DNA of 64,000 bases, taken from NCBI GenBank assembly GCA_963813155.1, contig CAWEYG010000001.1, forward strand, positions 448,001 to 512,000, read 5' to 3'. Shown here piece by piece: positions 9,695 to 19,435 of the stretch. The stretch is from an uncultured Acidobacteriota bacterium. Its GTDB lineage: Bacteria; Acidobacteriota; Thermoanaerobaculia; UBA5066; DATFVB01. A program made the translations under genes and the position numbers. The notes beneath the pieces were generated by a model. It did not search any database. It was not told the origin of the DNA and saw nothing but the letters and a program-made list of their open reading frames with translations. The number at the start of each line of letters is the position of its first letter. Within the stretch, counting starts at the first letter, position 1.

Positions 9695-10033
9695 ATGAAG
9701 ACGCAGGAATTTGCGACAGGACGGCGGGGTGCCCAGCGTATCCCCGGCGAGGGGTTTACGGCGCGGATCGAGGGCGTCGAATCGGAAACCTCTGTCGTCA
9801 ACGTGTCGCAAAAGGGGATCGCGCTCTCGACCCGTGAGCCGCTGCCGGCGGATCGTCGCCTCTCGCTGGAGCTCAACGGCCCCGCCGGAACGACGATCGT
9901 CGACTTCTACGTCGTTCGTTGCGAGGAGCTCCGGAGCTCCTCTCCCGAGCGCGACTACATCTCCGCCGGTCTTTTCGTCGCACGCCTCAAGCGCAAGGAC
10001 CTTCCGAAGGTCGTCCACCAGCAGTTCCTCTAG
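9695..10033 (+). CDS. PilZ-domain-like protein
   Basis: RRGAQR (RxxxR) and NVSQKG (N/DxSxxG) motifs. Confidence 0.65.
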   Translation: MKTQEFATGRRGAQRIPGEGFTARIEGVESETSVVNVSQKGIALSTREPLPADRRLSLELNGPAGTTIVDFYVVRCEELRSSSPERDYISAGLFVARLKRKDLPKVVHQQFL

Positions 10034-10043
10034 CAGGCTGCCG

Positions 10044-10436
10044 ATGGAAAAAGTCGTCGTCCACCTCAAGGATGGAAACCTCATCCGCGGATCCGTCGCG
10101 CGGTTCCCGCCCCGCGGATCCGTGTTCCACCTCACGGTGTTTCCGGGATCGACGCTCCGGCAGATCGATCTCGGCGACGTCAAAGCCGTTTTCTTCGTCA
10201 AGGAGTTTCGCGGCCGCCCCGGGTACCGGGAGTCGAAGTCGTTTCCCGGCGCGGCGGGCGCTGGCCTGAGCGGGAGGGTGCGCGTCGAGTGCGCAGACGG
10301 CGAAGTGCTCGTCGGCTATTGCCCTGTCTATCAGGCGGGCCAGGCGGGCCTCTTCCTGTTTCCCCCGGACCGCCGCTCCAACAACGAGCGCGTCTACCTC
10401 CTCGCCTCGGCGATCCGCAAGCTCGAATTCGTCTGA
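10044..10436 (+). CDS. DUF6982-like hypothetical protein
   Basis: KVVVH..DG...G, VKAVFFVKEF.G, DGEVLVG, FLFP.D..SNNER. Confidence 0.7.
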   Translation: MEKVVVHLKDGNLIRGSVARFPPRGSVFHLTVFPGSTLRQIDLGDVKAVFFVKEFRGRPGYRESKSFPGAAGAGLSGRVRVECADGEVLVGYCPVYQAGQAGLFLFPPDRRSNNERVYLLASAIRKLEFV

Positions 10437-10456
10437 CCTGAGAGAGAATCCCTCCC

Positions 10457-11155
10457 ATGGGCCTGAAAGAGTACAAGCGCAAGCGGAACTTCAAGGTCAC
10501 GTCCGAGCCGGAGGGAAAGGAGCGCCCCGCGAAGAAGCGCAAGGCGCTCGAGTTCGTCATCCAGAAACACCGGGCGACCGCGCTCCACTACGACGTGCGC
10601 CTCGAGTGGAACGGCGTGATGCTGTCGTGGGCGTGCCCGAAAGGGCCGTCGCTCGACCCTTCGGTCAAGCGGATGGCGATGCAGGTGGAAGATCACCCGA
10701 TCGAGTACAACAAGTTCGAAGGGATCATCCCCGAGGGCGAATATGGCGGGGGCACGGTGATGATCTGGGACCGCGGAACGTGGGAGCCGGAAGTGCCCGA
10801 CGTCGATGCCGCGCTGAAGAAGGGCGATCTGAAGTTCCAGTTCCACGGCGAGAAGCTCCAGGGCTCGTGGGTCCTCGTCCGGCTGCGTCCGCGCGGAGGG
10901 GATTCCAAACCCGCGTGGCTTCTCATCAAGCACCGCGACGCCTTCGCGACGACCGCGGACGTCGCGGAGCGGAAACCGCGGTCCGTCGTTTCGGACCGGA
11001 TCCTGACCGAGATCGCCCGCGATGAGGGCGGCGACATCAAGAAGGCGGCGACGGGAGATCCCGCCGCGGAGATCCGCAAGCTTCTGAAATCGAAAGACCC
11101 GCTCGAGCGCAAGACGAAGGGCAAGCGCAAAGTCTGGAACAGCCGCCCGCGCTGA
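10457..11155 (+). CDS. Stand-alone LigD 3'-phosphoesterase domain protein
   Basis: Y..KRNF..T.EP, FVIQKH.A..LHYD.RLE, SWA.PKGPS, VEDHP.EY..FEG.IP, YGGG.V..WD.G. Confidence 0.92.
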   Translation: MGLKEYKRKRNFKVTSEPEGKERPAKKRKALEFVIQKHRATALHYDVRLEWNGVMLSWACPKGPSLDPSVKRMAMQVEDHPIEYNKFEGIIPEGEYGGGTVMIWDRGTWEPEVPDVDAALKKGDLKFQFHGEKLQGSWVLVRLRPRGGDSKPAWLLIKHRDAFATTADVAERKPRSVVSDRILTEIARDEGGDIKKAATGDPAAEIRKLLKSKDPLERKTKGKRKVWNSRPR

Positions 11156-11174
11156 CTTCGGCGCTGCGCGCCTG

Positions 11175-13223
11175 TCACCAGATCTGGCAGCGGTCCGCTT
11201 CCGGGCGCACCATCGGGTCCCCCGGCTTGCACGAAAACGCCTTCGCGAATTCCGGAAGGTTCGACGGCGCCGCGATCGCCCGGAATCGGTCGACCGGATG
11301 CGGGTCGGTCGCGACTTTCAGGCGGAGGTATTCCGGCCGGTCGTTCTCGGCCCAGACCCTCGCGTACCCGAGAAAGAATCGCTGATCGGCCGTGAAGCCG
11401 TCGATCGGAGGCGGCTCGGGCTTGCCTTCGAGGCTCTTCCGAAACGCGCGATAGGCGATCGTCAGCCCGCCCAAATCCGCAATGCTCTCGCCAAGGACGA
11501 GCTTGCCGTTCTCATGGAGCCCCTCCTCCACGACGTAGCCGTCGAACTGGTTTTCGACGCACTTCGCGCGCGCCTCGTAGTTTTTCAGATCGGCGTCGGA
11601 CCACCAGTTCGTGAGGTTCCCGTGCGCGTCGAACTTCCGGCCCTGGTCGTCGAAGCCGTGCGTCATTTCATGGCCGATGACGGCCCCGATGGCGCCGTAG
11701 TTCACGGCGTCGTCCGCCTGCGCGTCGAAGAACGGGGGCTGGAGAATCCCGGCCGGAAAGACGATCTCGTTCTTCGTGGAGTTGTAGTAGGCGTTGACCG
11801 TCGGGGGCGTCATCCCGAATTCCTTGCGGTCGACGGGTTTTCCGATCTTGTTGAGCTGCCGGTGGAACTCGAATTCATTCCCCGCGAGGAGGTTCGCGAC
11901 GTAGCTCTCCCGCCCCACGCGATACGCGGAATAGTCGCGCCACTCTTCGGGGTATCCGATTTTCGGCGTGAACGCGCCGAGCTTCGCGACCGCGGCCTTC
12001 CGGGTCTCCTCTCCCATCCAGGGCAGCGTCGCCAGATCGTCGCGGAGCGCGGCAATCAGGTTCTTGACCATTTGGTCCGCGCGATCCTTCGCTTCGGGCG
12101 GAAACGCGCGGGCCACGTAGAGCCGGCCGAGAGCGAAGCCGAGGGACCCGTCCGTGGCGGCGACGCAGCGCTTCCAGCGGGGGAGGTTCTCCTTTTTCCC
12201 CTGCAGGACGCCGCCGTTGAACGCGAAATCCTCCTGAACGAACTTCGAGGAGAGGGCCGGCGCGGCGGCTTCGACGAGATGCCAGCGAAGGTAGGTCTTC
12301 CAGTCCTTCAGCGAAACGGACGCGAGCTCCCGGTTCACGGCCTCGAAGAACTTCGGCTGACCGACGTTGATCGCCTTCACGGGCGGAGCCTCGAAGGAGG
12401 CCAGGTAGGCCTTCCACTCGAAATTCGGGGCGAGCGCTTCGAGCTCGGAAACCGTCATCCGGTGATACGTCGCGTCCGCGTCGCGCCGCTCGACCCGCGT
12501 CATGGAAGCCTCGGCGAGCCTCTTCTCGAGCGCCATCACGGCCGCCGCCTCGGCGCGGGCCGTCTCCGGCGCGTCTCCCAGAAGCGCGAGCATCGCGGCG
12601 ACGTGGGCGACGTACTGTTCGCGGATCGTCTTCGACTTTTCGTCGTCCTTCAGGTAGTAGTCGCGATCCGGCAGGCCGAGACCGGCCTGCGAGGCTCCCG
12701 CGATGACCTCTTCGCTGTTTTTCTTGTCCTGCTGCGAGCCGAAGCCGAACAGCGCGTCCACCCCTTCGGCGTGGAGCCGGGCGATCTCCGCGTCGAGGGT
12801 CGCCCGGTCGCGGATCTTCGCGATTCGTTCGAGCTCCGGCGCGAGCGGTTTCGCGCCTTCCGTTTCGATCTTCCCTTCGTCCATGCAGGCGGCGTAGAAG
12901 TCGCCGAGCTTCTGCCCGTCGGATCCGACCGCGGCCTTCCGGTCCGCCGCGGCCGCGTCGAGGATCGTCCGCAGAACTTCGCGGTTCTTGTCCGCGAGAA
13001 TGATGAACGTTCCCCACCTCGAGAAAGCGGGAGGCACCGGGTTCTTCGCGAGCCATCCTCCGTCGGCGTAGCGGGAAAAATCCCGGCACGCGTCGGCGGC
13101 CGGGTCCATGTCGGCTTTCGAGATTCCGTGCCCGCTCTGGGCCAGCGCGACCCCCGCGAGGATTGTGACGCCCCCGGCGATCACGACCGGACCGATTCGA
13201 CGAAGCAGCAAGCGCGTCCTCAT
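11175..13223 (-). CDS. M13 family metallopeptidase (PepO/neprilysin-like)
   Basis: VNAYY, FPAGILQPPFF, HEMTHGFDD, GESIADLGG; signal peptide. Confidence 0.95.
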   Translation of the reverse strand: MRTRLLLRRIGPVVIAGGVTILAGVALAQSGHGISKADMDPAADACRDFSRYADGGWLAKNPVPPAFSRWGTFIILADKNREVLRTILDAAAADRKAAVGSDGQKLGDFYAACMDEGKIETEGAKPLAPELERIAKIRDRATLDAEIARLHAEGVDALFGFGSQQDKKNSEEVIAGASQAGLGLPDRDYYLKDDEKSKTIREQYVAHVAAMLALLGDAPETARAEAAAVMALEKRLAEASMTRVERRDADATYHRMTVSELEALAPNFEWKAYLASFEAPPVKAINVGQPKFFEAVNRELASVSLKDWKTYLRWHLVEAAAPALSSKFVQEDFAFNGGVLQGKKENLPRWKRCVAATDGSLGFALGRLYVARAFPPEAKDRADQMVKNLIAALRDDLATLPWMGEETRKAAVAKLGAFTPKIGYPEEWRDYSAYRVGRESYVANLLAGNEFEFHRQLNKIGKPVDRKEFGMTPPTVNAYYNSTKNEIVFPAGILQPPFFDAQADDAVNYGAIGAVIGHEMTHGFDDQGRKFDAHGNLTNWWSDADLKNYEARAKCVENQFDGYVVEEGLHENGKLVLGESIADLGGLTIAYRAFRKSLEGKPEPPPIDGFTADQRFFLGYARVWAENDRPEYLRLKVATDPHPVDRFRAIAAPSNLPEFAKAFSCKPGDPMVRPEADRCQIW

Positions 13224-13261
13224 GAAACCTCCCCGTTTCATCCCGGAGTATAAACGCCGGG

Positions 13262-13615
13262 CTAGTCTTTTCCCGCGAGCGTCGTTTCGATCGCTCCGGG
13301 GTCCGCCGGAGCCGGCCGCGCGGGGATTACGGTCGCGCCTTTCCGCGTCGCGAGGAAAACGGCCGCCGTCCAGGTCGGGACCAGATCGGCGAACGGTACG
13401 AGCTTCGTGAGGAAGGAAGGAAGAAACGCCCAGTGCCAGCCGACGAGGGCGACCATCGCAATGCCGGTCGCGACGTCGAGCGCATCGTCGGCGGGCGAGG
13501 CGGCGCCCGGCAGAAAGACCGGAAAGACCGCGAGCTGAAGGACGTCGACCGCAACCGCGATCGCGCGCGCCAGAGCGATCCGCCTGCGGCCGAGCTCCCG
13601 GACTCTCCCCTCCAC
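13262..13615 (-). CDS. Hypothetical membrane protein
   Basis: Hydrophobic ORF with WHWAFLP...P..DLVPTWT; TGtTAGGCT 6 nt before GTG. Confidence 0.65.
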   Translation of the reverse strand: MEGRVRELGRRRIALARAIAVAVDVLQLAVFPVFLPGAASPADDALDVATGIAMVALVGWHWAFLPSFLTKLVPFADLVPTWTAAVFLATRKGATVIPARPAPADPGAIETTLAGKD

Positions 13616-13663
13616 CCCGTAAGCCTAACAGGCGTGCGGAACGGTTTGGAATACACTCGCTCC

Positions 13664-14567
13664 ATGAAACTGATCCCGCTCCTCGGCTTGCTCGGCCTGT
13701 CGGCTCCTCCTCGAAGCACCGGTCTCCGGCGCCCCCGCCGAGCGCCCGACCGAGATTCCGTTCGAGCTCGTCCAGAACCAGATCGTCGTCTCGGCGAAGC
13801 TCAACGAAAAGGGCCCGTTTCTCGTGACGATCGACACGGGCGCCGACAATTCGATGATCGACATCGGAGCCGCGTTGAAAATCGGAATGACCGTCAACCC
13901 GGCGGGCGAGGAGATCGAAGGGGGAGAAACCGAGGAAGGAACGGTCTACGACACGCGCTTCACGGTCGTCGAGATCGGCGAAATCTCGGCCCGGGACATC
14001 GACGCCCTTGCGGGAGGAATGGTCGCGAAGCTCGCGAAACGGCTCGGAAAGCCGGTCGTCGGCACCCTCGGAAACGGTTTCCTCGCGGGCCGGATCGCCC
14101 AGTTCGACTTTCCCCACCGGGTCATTCGGTTCCTTCCCGATCCGCCGCCCGACCAGCCGGTCTCCGCCCGGCGCGCCGTCCTGAAGTTCAAGGACGACGA
14201 AGCGATTCTCATCGACACGGTCTCGATCGGCGGACAGCGGGTCCGCGGCTGCATCGACACCGGATCGAGCGGCTCGGTCCGGATCACCGCGGAGGCCGCG
14301 CGGAAACTCGGGCTGGAGCCGCCGCCCGCGCCGCCCGCGCCCCGGACGGGGCAACGGGAAAGGGCGCGCCCCCTCCCCGGGAGGGAGTGGCGCACGACGT
14401 TCTCGTCGGCACCCTCTCCGTCGACTCCGTCTCCGGCGACCTTTCTTCCGGCCGCGACGGGCCGGGACAAGAAACCCTGGGATGTCGCGTTCGGGAACGC
14501 CTTCCTGAGGGACCTCGTCGTCACGATCGACTACCCGGACTCGAAGCTCGTTCTCGAGAAGCCGTGA
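13664..14567 (+). CDS. Secreted double-domain retropepsin-like aspartyl protease (indels)
   Basis: Two DTG motifs (IDTGA, IDTGS), G.LG..FL, IDYP. Signal peptide lies in a shifted frame. Confidence 0.75.
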
Positions 14568-14576
14568 CGATCGCGG

Positions 14577-14601
14577 GGAACTTTTCCCCCGCCTTTTCGT
14601 T
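14577..14601 (+). promoter_or_regulatory. ECF-type promoter
   Basis: GGAAC-N16-CGTT just upstream of ATG 14611. Confidence 0.55.
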
Positions 14602-14610
14602 TCTCCCCTC

Positions 14611-16032
14611 ATGAAGAGAAGTATCGCCCTCGCACTGGCGCTCCTGGGATGCGCTTCCGCCCTGTCCGCGGGAGTCATCTTCGGGATCGAGACCTCCGAC
14701 GACCATCACTACTACCGCTCGAGCGGCCTGACGAGCTTCGAGGCCCGCTCCGCCGGAGACATCGAGCTTTCGCCCGACCAGGAGCGCGTGGTCGCGATCT
14801 CCGCGGGCGGCTTTCTGGAGGTCGAAACCCGGCGGCTGCTGACGACCCGGAAGGTCCGGGTCACGCCGGGCCCCGGCGGCGCCCTCGAGATTCGCTACTG
14901 GCGCGCCGACCGCCGCGGCTCCGATTCGGAAGGGCGGGAATTTCTCGAGCGCCACCTTCCGGAAGTCGCCCGCGTCACCACCGTCGGCGCGCAGGCGGAG
15001 GCCCGCCGGCTTCTGGCGGCGGGAGGTCCTCGTCGCGTGCTCGCCGCTCTCGAAGACCGCGACAGCGACGAAGCTCGCGAAATTTACCTGGAAACGATCC
15101 TGGACGGTCCCGCGGTCGACATGCCCACCGGTCTCGAACTGATCCGGGACGCCGCGAGGCACATCTCGGGCAGCTCGCGGCTGTCGCGATTCCTCGTGCG
15201 CCTGGCCCAGAAGCTGCCGCCGGACGCGGAACTGACCGCCCGGCTCGCGCGCTCGTGCGAGGAGATCTCCTCGAGCAGCGCCCGGCGCGAGGCTCTCTCG
15301 GGAATCGCCGACGCGCGCGGGATCCCTCCCGCGGCGGCCGCCGATTTCGGCCGGTCGGTCTCGGGCATCTCGTCGTCCTCCGAAAAGGCTTCCGCGGTCG
15401 AGCATCTCGGCGCGGCCGCGAGCGATCCCCGCGTGCTCTCGGAGCTCGCCGACGCCGCCGACACCATCGACTCGTCGTCGGAGAGGCACCGGGCCCTGTC
15501 GGCCCTCGCCGCGCGGCCGGGAGCCGCCGGGCCGCCGCTCCTGCGCATCCTCAAGGCCGCGGAAGGAATCAACTCCTCGTCGGAAAAGGCGTCGTTTCTG
15601 GCCGGCGCGGCGCCGGTATGCCGCACGCGCGAGACGATCCGCGCGTACATCCGCGCGGCCGACACGATCGATTCCTCGGCCGAAACGAGACGCGCCCTCG
15701 CCGCCCTGATGCGGCCGGACCTGGCGCGGGAAGACTGGATCTCCACGGTCAAGGCCGCCGCCCGCATCTCGTCGTCCAGCGAGAAAGCCGGGTTTCTCGT
15801 TCGGGCCGTCGCCGCTCCCTCGATCGACGCGGCGATGCTCGCCGCCTACCTCGAATGCGCCGGATCGATCGACAGCTCCTCGGAAAAACGAAAGTCGATC
15901 GTCGCGTTGCTGCGCCGGCCGGATCTCGCTCCCGACCAGGTCTCGGCGATCACCATTTTCGCGGAACGGGAGATTTCGAGCAGCTCGGAGCGCGAAGCCG
16001 TTCTCCGCGAGGCCGCGAACCGAAAGTCCTAG
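14611..16032 (+). CDS. Secreted helical-repeat protein (IxSSSEK repeats)
   Basis: Signal peptide; about 9 repeats of roughly 35 aa. Confidence 0.8.
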   Translation: MKRSIALALALLGCASALSAGVIFGIETSDDHHYYRSSGLTSFEARSAGDIELSPDQERVVAISAGGFLEVETRRLLTTRKVRVTPGPGGALEIRYWRADRRGSDSEGREFLERHLPEVARVTTVGAQAEARRLLAAGGPRRVLAALEDRDSDEAREIYLETILDGPAVDMPTGLELIRDAARHISGSSRLSRFLVRLAQKLPPDAELTARLARSCEEISSSSARREALSGIADARGIPPAAAADFGRSVSGISSSSEKASAVEHLGAAASDPRVLSELADAADTIDSSSERHRALSALAARPGAAGPPLLRILKAAEGINSSSEKASFLAGAAPVCRTRETIRAYIRAADTIDSSAETRRALAALMRPDLAREDWISTVKAAARISSSSEKAGFLVRAVAAPSIDAAMLAAYLECAGSIDSSSEKRKSIVALLRRPDLAPDQVSAITIFAEREISSSSEREAVLREAANRKS

Positions 16033-16035
16033 GTC

Positions 16036-16860
16036 CTACGGACCGGACTTCCCCTTCGGCGGGCCTCCCTGGGCCTTCCCGCGGCGCCGGGCGGCCTCGC
16101 GCCATTCCCGCTCGTACGGCCGGAGCGCGCGAACGATCGAGTGCGCCACCAGGAGGTTTCGGTACCACTTCACGTCGGACGGAATCACGTGCCACGGCGC
16201 AGTCCGGGTCGAGGTCTTCGAGAGCATGTCTTCGAACGCCTTCCGGTATTCCTTCCACAGGCGCCGCTCCTGCCAGTCGCCGGCGCTGGCCTTCCACCTC
16301 TTGTCGGGATCCGCGAGGCGCGCCTGCAGCCTCCGTTTCTGCTCCCCTTTCGAGAGGTGAAGGAAGAACTTCAGCAGGATCGTGCCGGAACGGGTCAGCA
16401 GGCGCTCGAATTCCCGGATCTCGCCGTACCGCCCCTTCCACGTCTGCTCGCTCGCGAGCCGGTGAACGCGCTCGACGAGGACCGCTTCGTAATGGGACCG
16501 ATTGAAGATCGCGATCTCGCCGCGACCGGGCGTTTCGCGGTGCACCCGCCAGAGAAAGTCGTGGGCGGACTCTTCGGGAGTCGGCTGCCGGTACGCAACG
16601 ACGCGGCAGCCCTGCGGATTGACGCCCGTGAACACGTGGCGAATCGTTCCATCCTTGCCCGCCGTGTCGATTCCCTGCAGCACGATGAGCACGGAGTGCG
16701 ACTCGGCTGCGTACAGCCGTTCGTGGAGCGAGCTCAGCGACTCGATGTCTTTCTTCATGCGCGCTTCGACCGCGGGGCCCGCGCGGAGCCCGCCCACGTC
16801 CGCGGGATCGAAATCTTTGAGCTTCACTTTCCGGCCCGGCGGGATCTCGGTCTTCTTCAC
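16036..16860 (-). CDS. ppk2: PPK2 family polyphosphate:nucleotide phosphotransferase
   Basis: LQGIDTAGKDGTI, NPQG, HDFLWR, FNRSHYE.VLVERV, KFFLH.S..EQ. Confidence 0.93.
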   Translation of the reverse strand: MKKTEIPPGRKVKLKDFDPADVGGLRAGPAVEARMKKDIESLSSLHERLYAAESHSVLIVLQGIDTAGKDGTIRHVFTGVNPQGCRVVAYRQPTPEESAHDFLWRVHRETPGRGEIAIFNRSHYEAVLVERVHRLASEQTWKGRYGEIREFERLLTRSGTILLKFFLHLSKGEQKRRLQARLADPDKRWKASAGDWQERRLWKEYRKAFEDMLSKTSTRTAPWHVIPSDVKWYRNLLVAHSIVRALRPYEREWREAARRRGKAQGGPPKGKSGP

Positions 16861-16920
16861 TCGCGATCGCCCTCCTCCGCCATTCTAACGAGGCGCACCG
16901 CCATGGTATTGTCGCCCTGC

Positions 16921-17595
16921 ATGCGGGCTCGAGCGCGACTCCTTCTTCGGCCGGCAGCGCTCGCCGCTTTCTGCGCGACCGCCGCGGCCGCTCCCCCTCC
17001 GGCGAAGTCCCCGGGCGGCGCTGCGCCGGCCCCCTCCGTCCGCGCGCTCACGCTCGCCGAAGCGAGTTGCAACACCCTTCCCGCGATTCCGGTCGCGTTC
17101 GACGTTCCCGCCGACTACGTCACGCGCGCGCCGGCGTCGCGCAAGCCGAGCCTCGGCTGTTTCTGGGGTCTTCCCTCGGACCTCGACCGCGCGATGAAGG
17201 ACCCGAAGGGAATCGATTTCTCCGCGATCCAGAGAGGCGTCTTCTGGGCCCGCCCGCCCGTGAACGTCGGATTCGACCGGACGAAGAACCAGTTCTTCGA
17301 CGGCCGCGGCGCCGACGAAGCTGCGATGAAACGGCAGTTCGAGCGCGCCGGCGCGAAGAACGCGTTCATGAAGCGCGGATCGGCGGGCGCCTACGCGACG
17401 CTGGAATTCACGGGGGATGTTCCGGCCGGACCCAACCACAAGGCCGGCCGGCTCTCGATGATCTACATTGCGACCGGAAACGGGACGAACACGTTGCTCG
17501 TCAACTACCATCCGCCCGCTCACCCCACGCCCGCCGACGACGCGGTCTGGCAGCACTTCGTGTCGAGCATCCGGAGCACCGCTCCCAAACACTAA
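16921..17595 (+). CDS. Secreted hypothetical protein
   Basis: Signal-like N-terminus, host-like codon usage, extended -10 upstream. Confidence 0.65.
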   Translation: MRARARLLLRPAALAAFCATAAAAPPPAKSPGGAAPAPSVRALTLAEASCNTLPAIPVAFDVPADYVTRAPASRKPSLGCFWGLPSDLDRAMKDPKGIDFSAIQRGVFWARPPVNVGFDRTKNQFFDGRGADEAAMKRQFERAGAKNAFMKRGSAGAYATLEFTGDVPAGPNHKAGRLSMIYIATGNGTNTLLVNYHPPAHPTPADDAVWQHFVSSIRSTAPKH

Positions 17596-17614
17596 GGCTG
17601 CGTCGGCCCGGCGG

Positions 17615-18667
17615 TCAGCCCCCGATTCGATGGATCTTCATACTCACGAGATCGTCGACGGAGAACGGCTCGGAGCGCCCCGCGTTGAGCCGGCGGACGT
17701 AGTCGGCCGTGACGCCGTGAATCCTCATCGCGACGAGGTCCTCGGGCGAGACGTGGCGATAACCGAGCTGTTGCAGCTGCGCGATGAATTCCGCGGAGAC
17801 GCCGTGGATTCGCATGGCAACGAGATCGTCGCCGCCCACGTGATCGTACCCGAGGCTCTTCAACTTGCCGATGAACTCCGGCGTCGCGCCGTGGATGCGC
17901 ATCGCGACGAGATCGTCGTCGCTGAACGGCCCGTACCCGGCTTCGCGAAGCGATCGCAGGAATTCCGGCGAGACGCCGTGAATCCGGAAGGCGACGAGGT
18001 CCGACGCCGAAACGTTTCCCTGGCCTTCCGCCTTCAGGCCCCGGATGAACTCCGGCGTCGCCCCATGGATGCGCATCGCGACCAGGTCGTCGGCCGGCAG
18101 GCGCTTGTAGCCGAGGCCTTCGAGCTCGCGAACGACTTCGGGCGTGACGCCGTGGATCCGAAAGGCCACGAGATCGTCGAACGAAACCGCGCCGTAGCCG
18201 AGCGACGACATCTCCCGGACGAAAGCGCGGCTGACGTCGTGAATCGCGGCGGCAAAGACATCGTCTTCCGAGAGTCGGCGGCCCATCGCCCCCATCTCGG
18301 AGACGTATGCGGAGTCGGGAGAAAAGGAAAACCGGCCCCCGCCCTCTCCGCGGCGAATCGATCCCTCGAAGGAAAACTCTCCCGCGTCCCGGCGGAGCGT
18401 GAACCGAACGGTCGAGGCTGAATCCGGCGACGCGACCTGCGCGGCCGTGAGGCCCGCAAGCTCGGTGACCGCGATCGGGAACGACGACGACCAGTGATCG
18501 TGAATTCCGGATCGGCGGCGCATCTCGAGCTGCACCGAGCCCTCGCGGGTCGACCGATCGATCGACCAGGTTCCGGAAGCCGTCTCGGCGGGCCGCGCCG
18601 AACCGGAAGTCAGGAGCAACAGGATGGCCGCGGCCAAGAAGCCCAGGCGCCGGACGAAAATTCTCAT
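17615..18667 (-). CDS. Secreted 29-aa tandem repeat protein
   Basis: Signal peptide; 7+ repeats of DDLVAMRIHGVTPEFI..L..LGY; GAGGAGG RBS. Confidence 0.85.
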   Translation of the reverse strand: MRIFVRRLGFLAAAILLLLTSGSARPAETASGTWSIDRSTREGSVQLEMRRRSGIHDHWSSSFPIAVTELAGLTAAQVASPDSASTVRFTLRRDAGEFSFEGSIRRGEGGGRFSFSPDSAYVSEMGAMGRRLSEDDVFAAAIHDVSRAFVREMSSLGYGAVSFDDLVAFRIHGVTPEVVRELEGLGYKRLPADDLVAMRIHGATPEFIRGLKAEGQGNVSASDLVAFRIHGVSPEFLRSLREAGYGPFSDDDLVAMRIHGATPEFIGKLKSLGYDHVGGDDLVAMRIHGVSAEFIAQLQQLGYRHVSPEDLVAMRIHGVTADYVRRLNAGRSEPFSVDDLVSMKIHRIGG

Positions 18668-18690
18668 CGGAACAGTCCTCCTCACCCGAA

Positions 18691-18715
18691 TACGCCCGGG
18701 CGAGGCGAAGGTTTC
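18691..18715 (-). promoter_or_regulatory. ECF-type promoter
   Basis: GAAAC-N16-CGTA on the minus strand. Confidence 0.55.
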
Positions 18716-18734
18716 GCGGGGGCCCCTCGCCCGG

Positions 18735-19421
18735 TCACCACGGCGCCTTCTTCCGGCTCTGGAAAAAGCCCCCGCTCGGCCCACTTTTCGGGAGCGTTGC
18801 GAGCCAGACGATCGTGTCGGCACCCTCCTCGACGCTCTTCGGCGCCGTCGTCCCTCCCATCCGGGTCCGGACCCACCCCGGGTTGGCGGCGTTGACCTTG
18901 ACGTCGCCCTTCAACTCGGAGGCGAGCTTGACGGTAAAGGCGTTCAACGCAGCTTTCGAGATGCTGTACGCGGCGTCGCACCGGAGCCCCGAAGAGAACG
19001 AGCCGCAGCCGGACGAAACGTTGACGATCCGCCCGAACCCGACTTCGATCATCCCGGGGACGAAGGCCCGGCACGTTCGCACCGCTCCGAAAAAGTTGAT
19101 CTCCATCGTGTCGCGAAACGGCGCCTCCGGACCGAGAAGCGCGTCGGTCGGGTAGATCGCGGCATTGTTGACGAGCACCTCGATCCGTTCCCCGGCCTCC
19201 TGGAGGCGCTGCGCGCAGGCCCGGACCGATTCGTCGCGCGACACGTCGAGCTCTTCGAAGAAGATCTCCAGTCCCTCGGCGCGGAGCCGGTCGGCCGCGC
19301 CGTTCCCCGCGACCGCGTCGCGCGCCGTCAGAACGACCCGCGTCCCCGCCCGCGCGAGCTGCCGGCACACTTCGAGGCCGATTCCCCGGTTGGCTCCCGT
19401 GACGAGCGCGGTTCTCACCAT
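18735..19421 (-). CDS. SDR oxidoreductase (carbonyl reductase-like)
   Basis: TGANRGIG, NNAA, YSISK, PGWVRT.MGG. Confidence 0.93.
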   Translation of the reverse strand: MVRTALVTGANRGIGLEVCRQLARAGTRVVLTARDAVAGNGAADRLRAEGLEIFFEELDVSRDESVRACAQRLQEAGERIEVLVNNAAIYPTDALLGPEAPFRDTMEINFFGAVRTCRAFVPGMIEVGFGRIVNVSSGCGSFSSGLRCDAAYSISKAALNAFTVKLASELKGDVKVNAANPGWVRTRMGGTTAPKSVEEGADTIVWLATLPKSGPSGGFFQSRKKAPW

Positions 19422-19435
19422 CGCCGACTCGTCCG

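Noticed and set aside
17640-18260. Periodic DNA repeats resembling a CRISPR array
   Set aside because: Degenerate 87-bp coding repeats within one ORF; no unique spacers and no cas genes.
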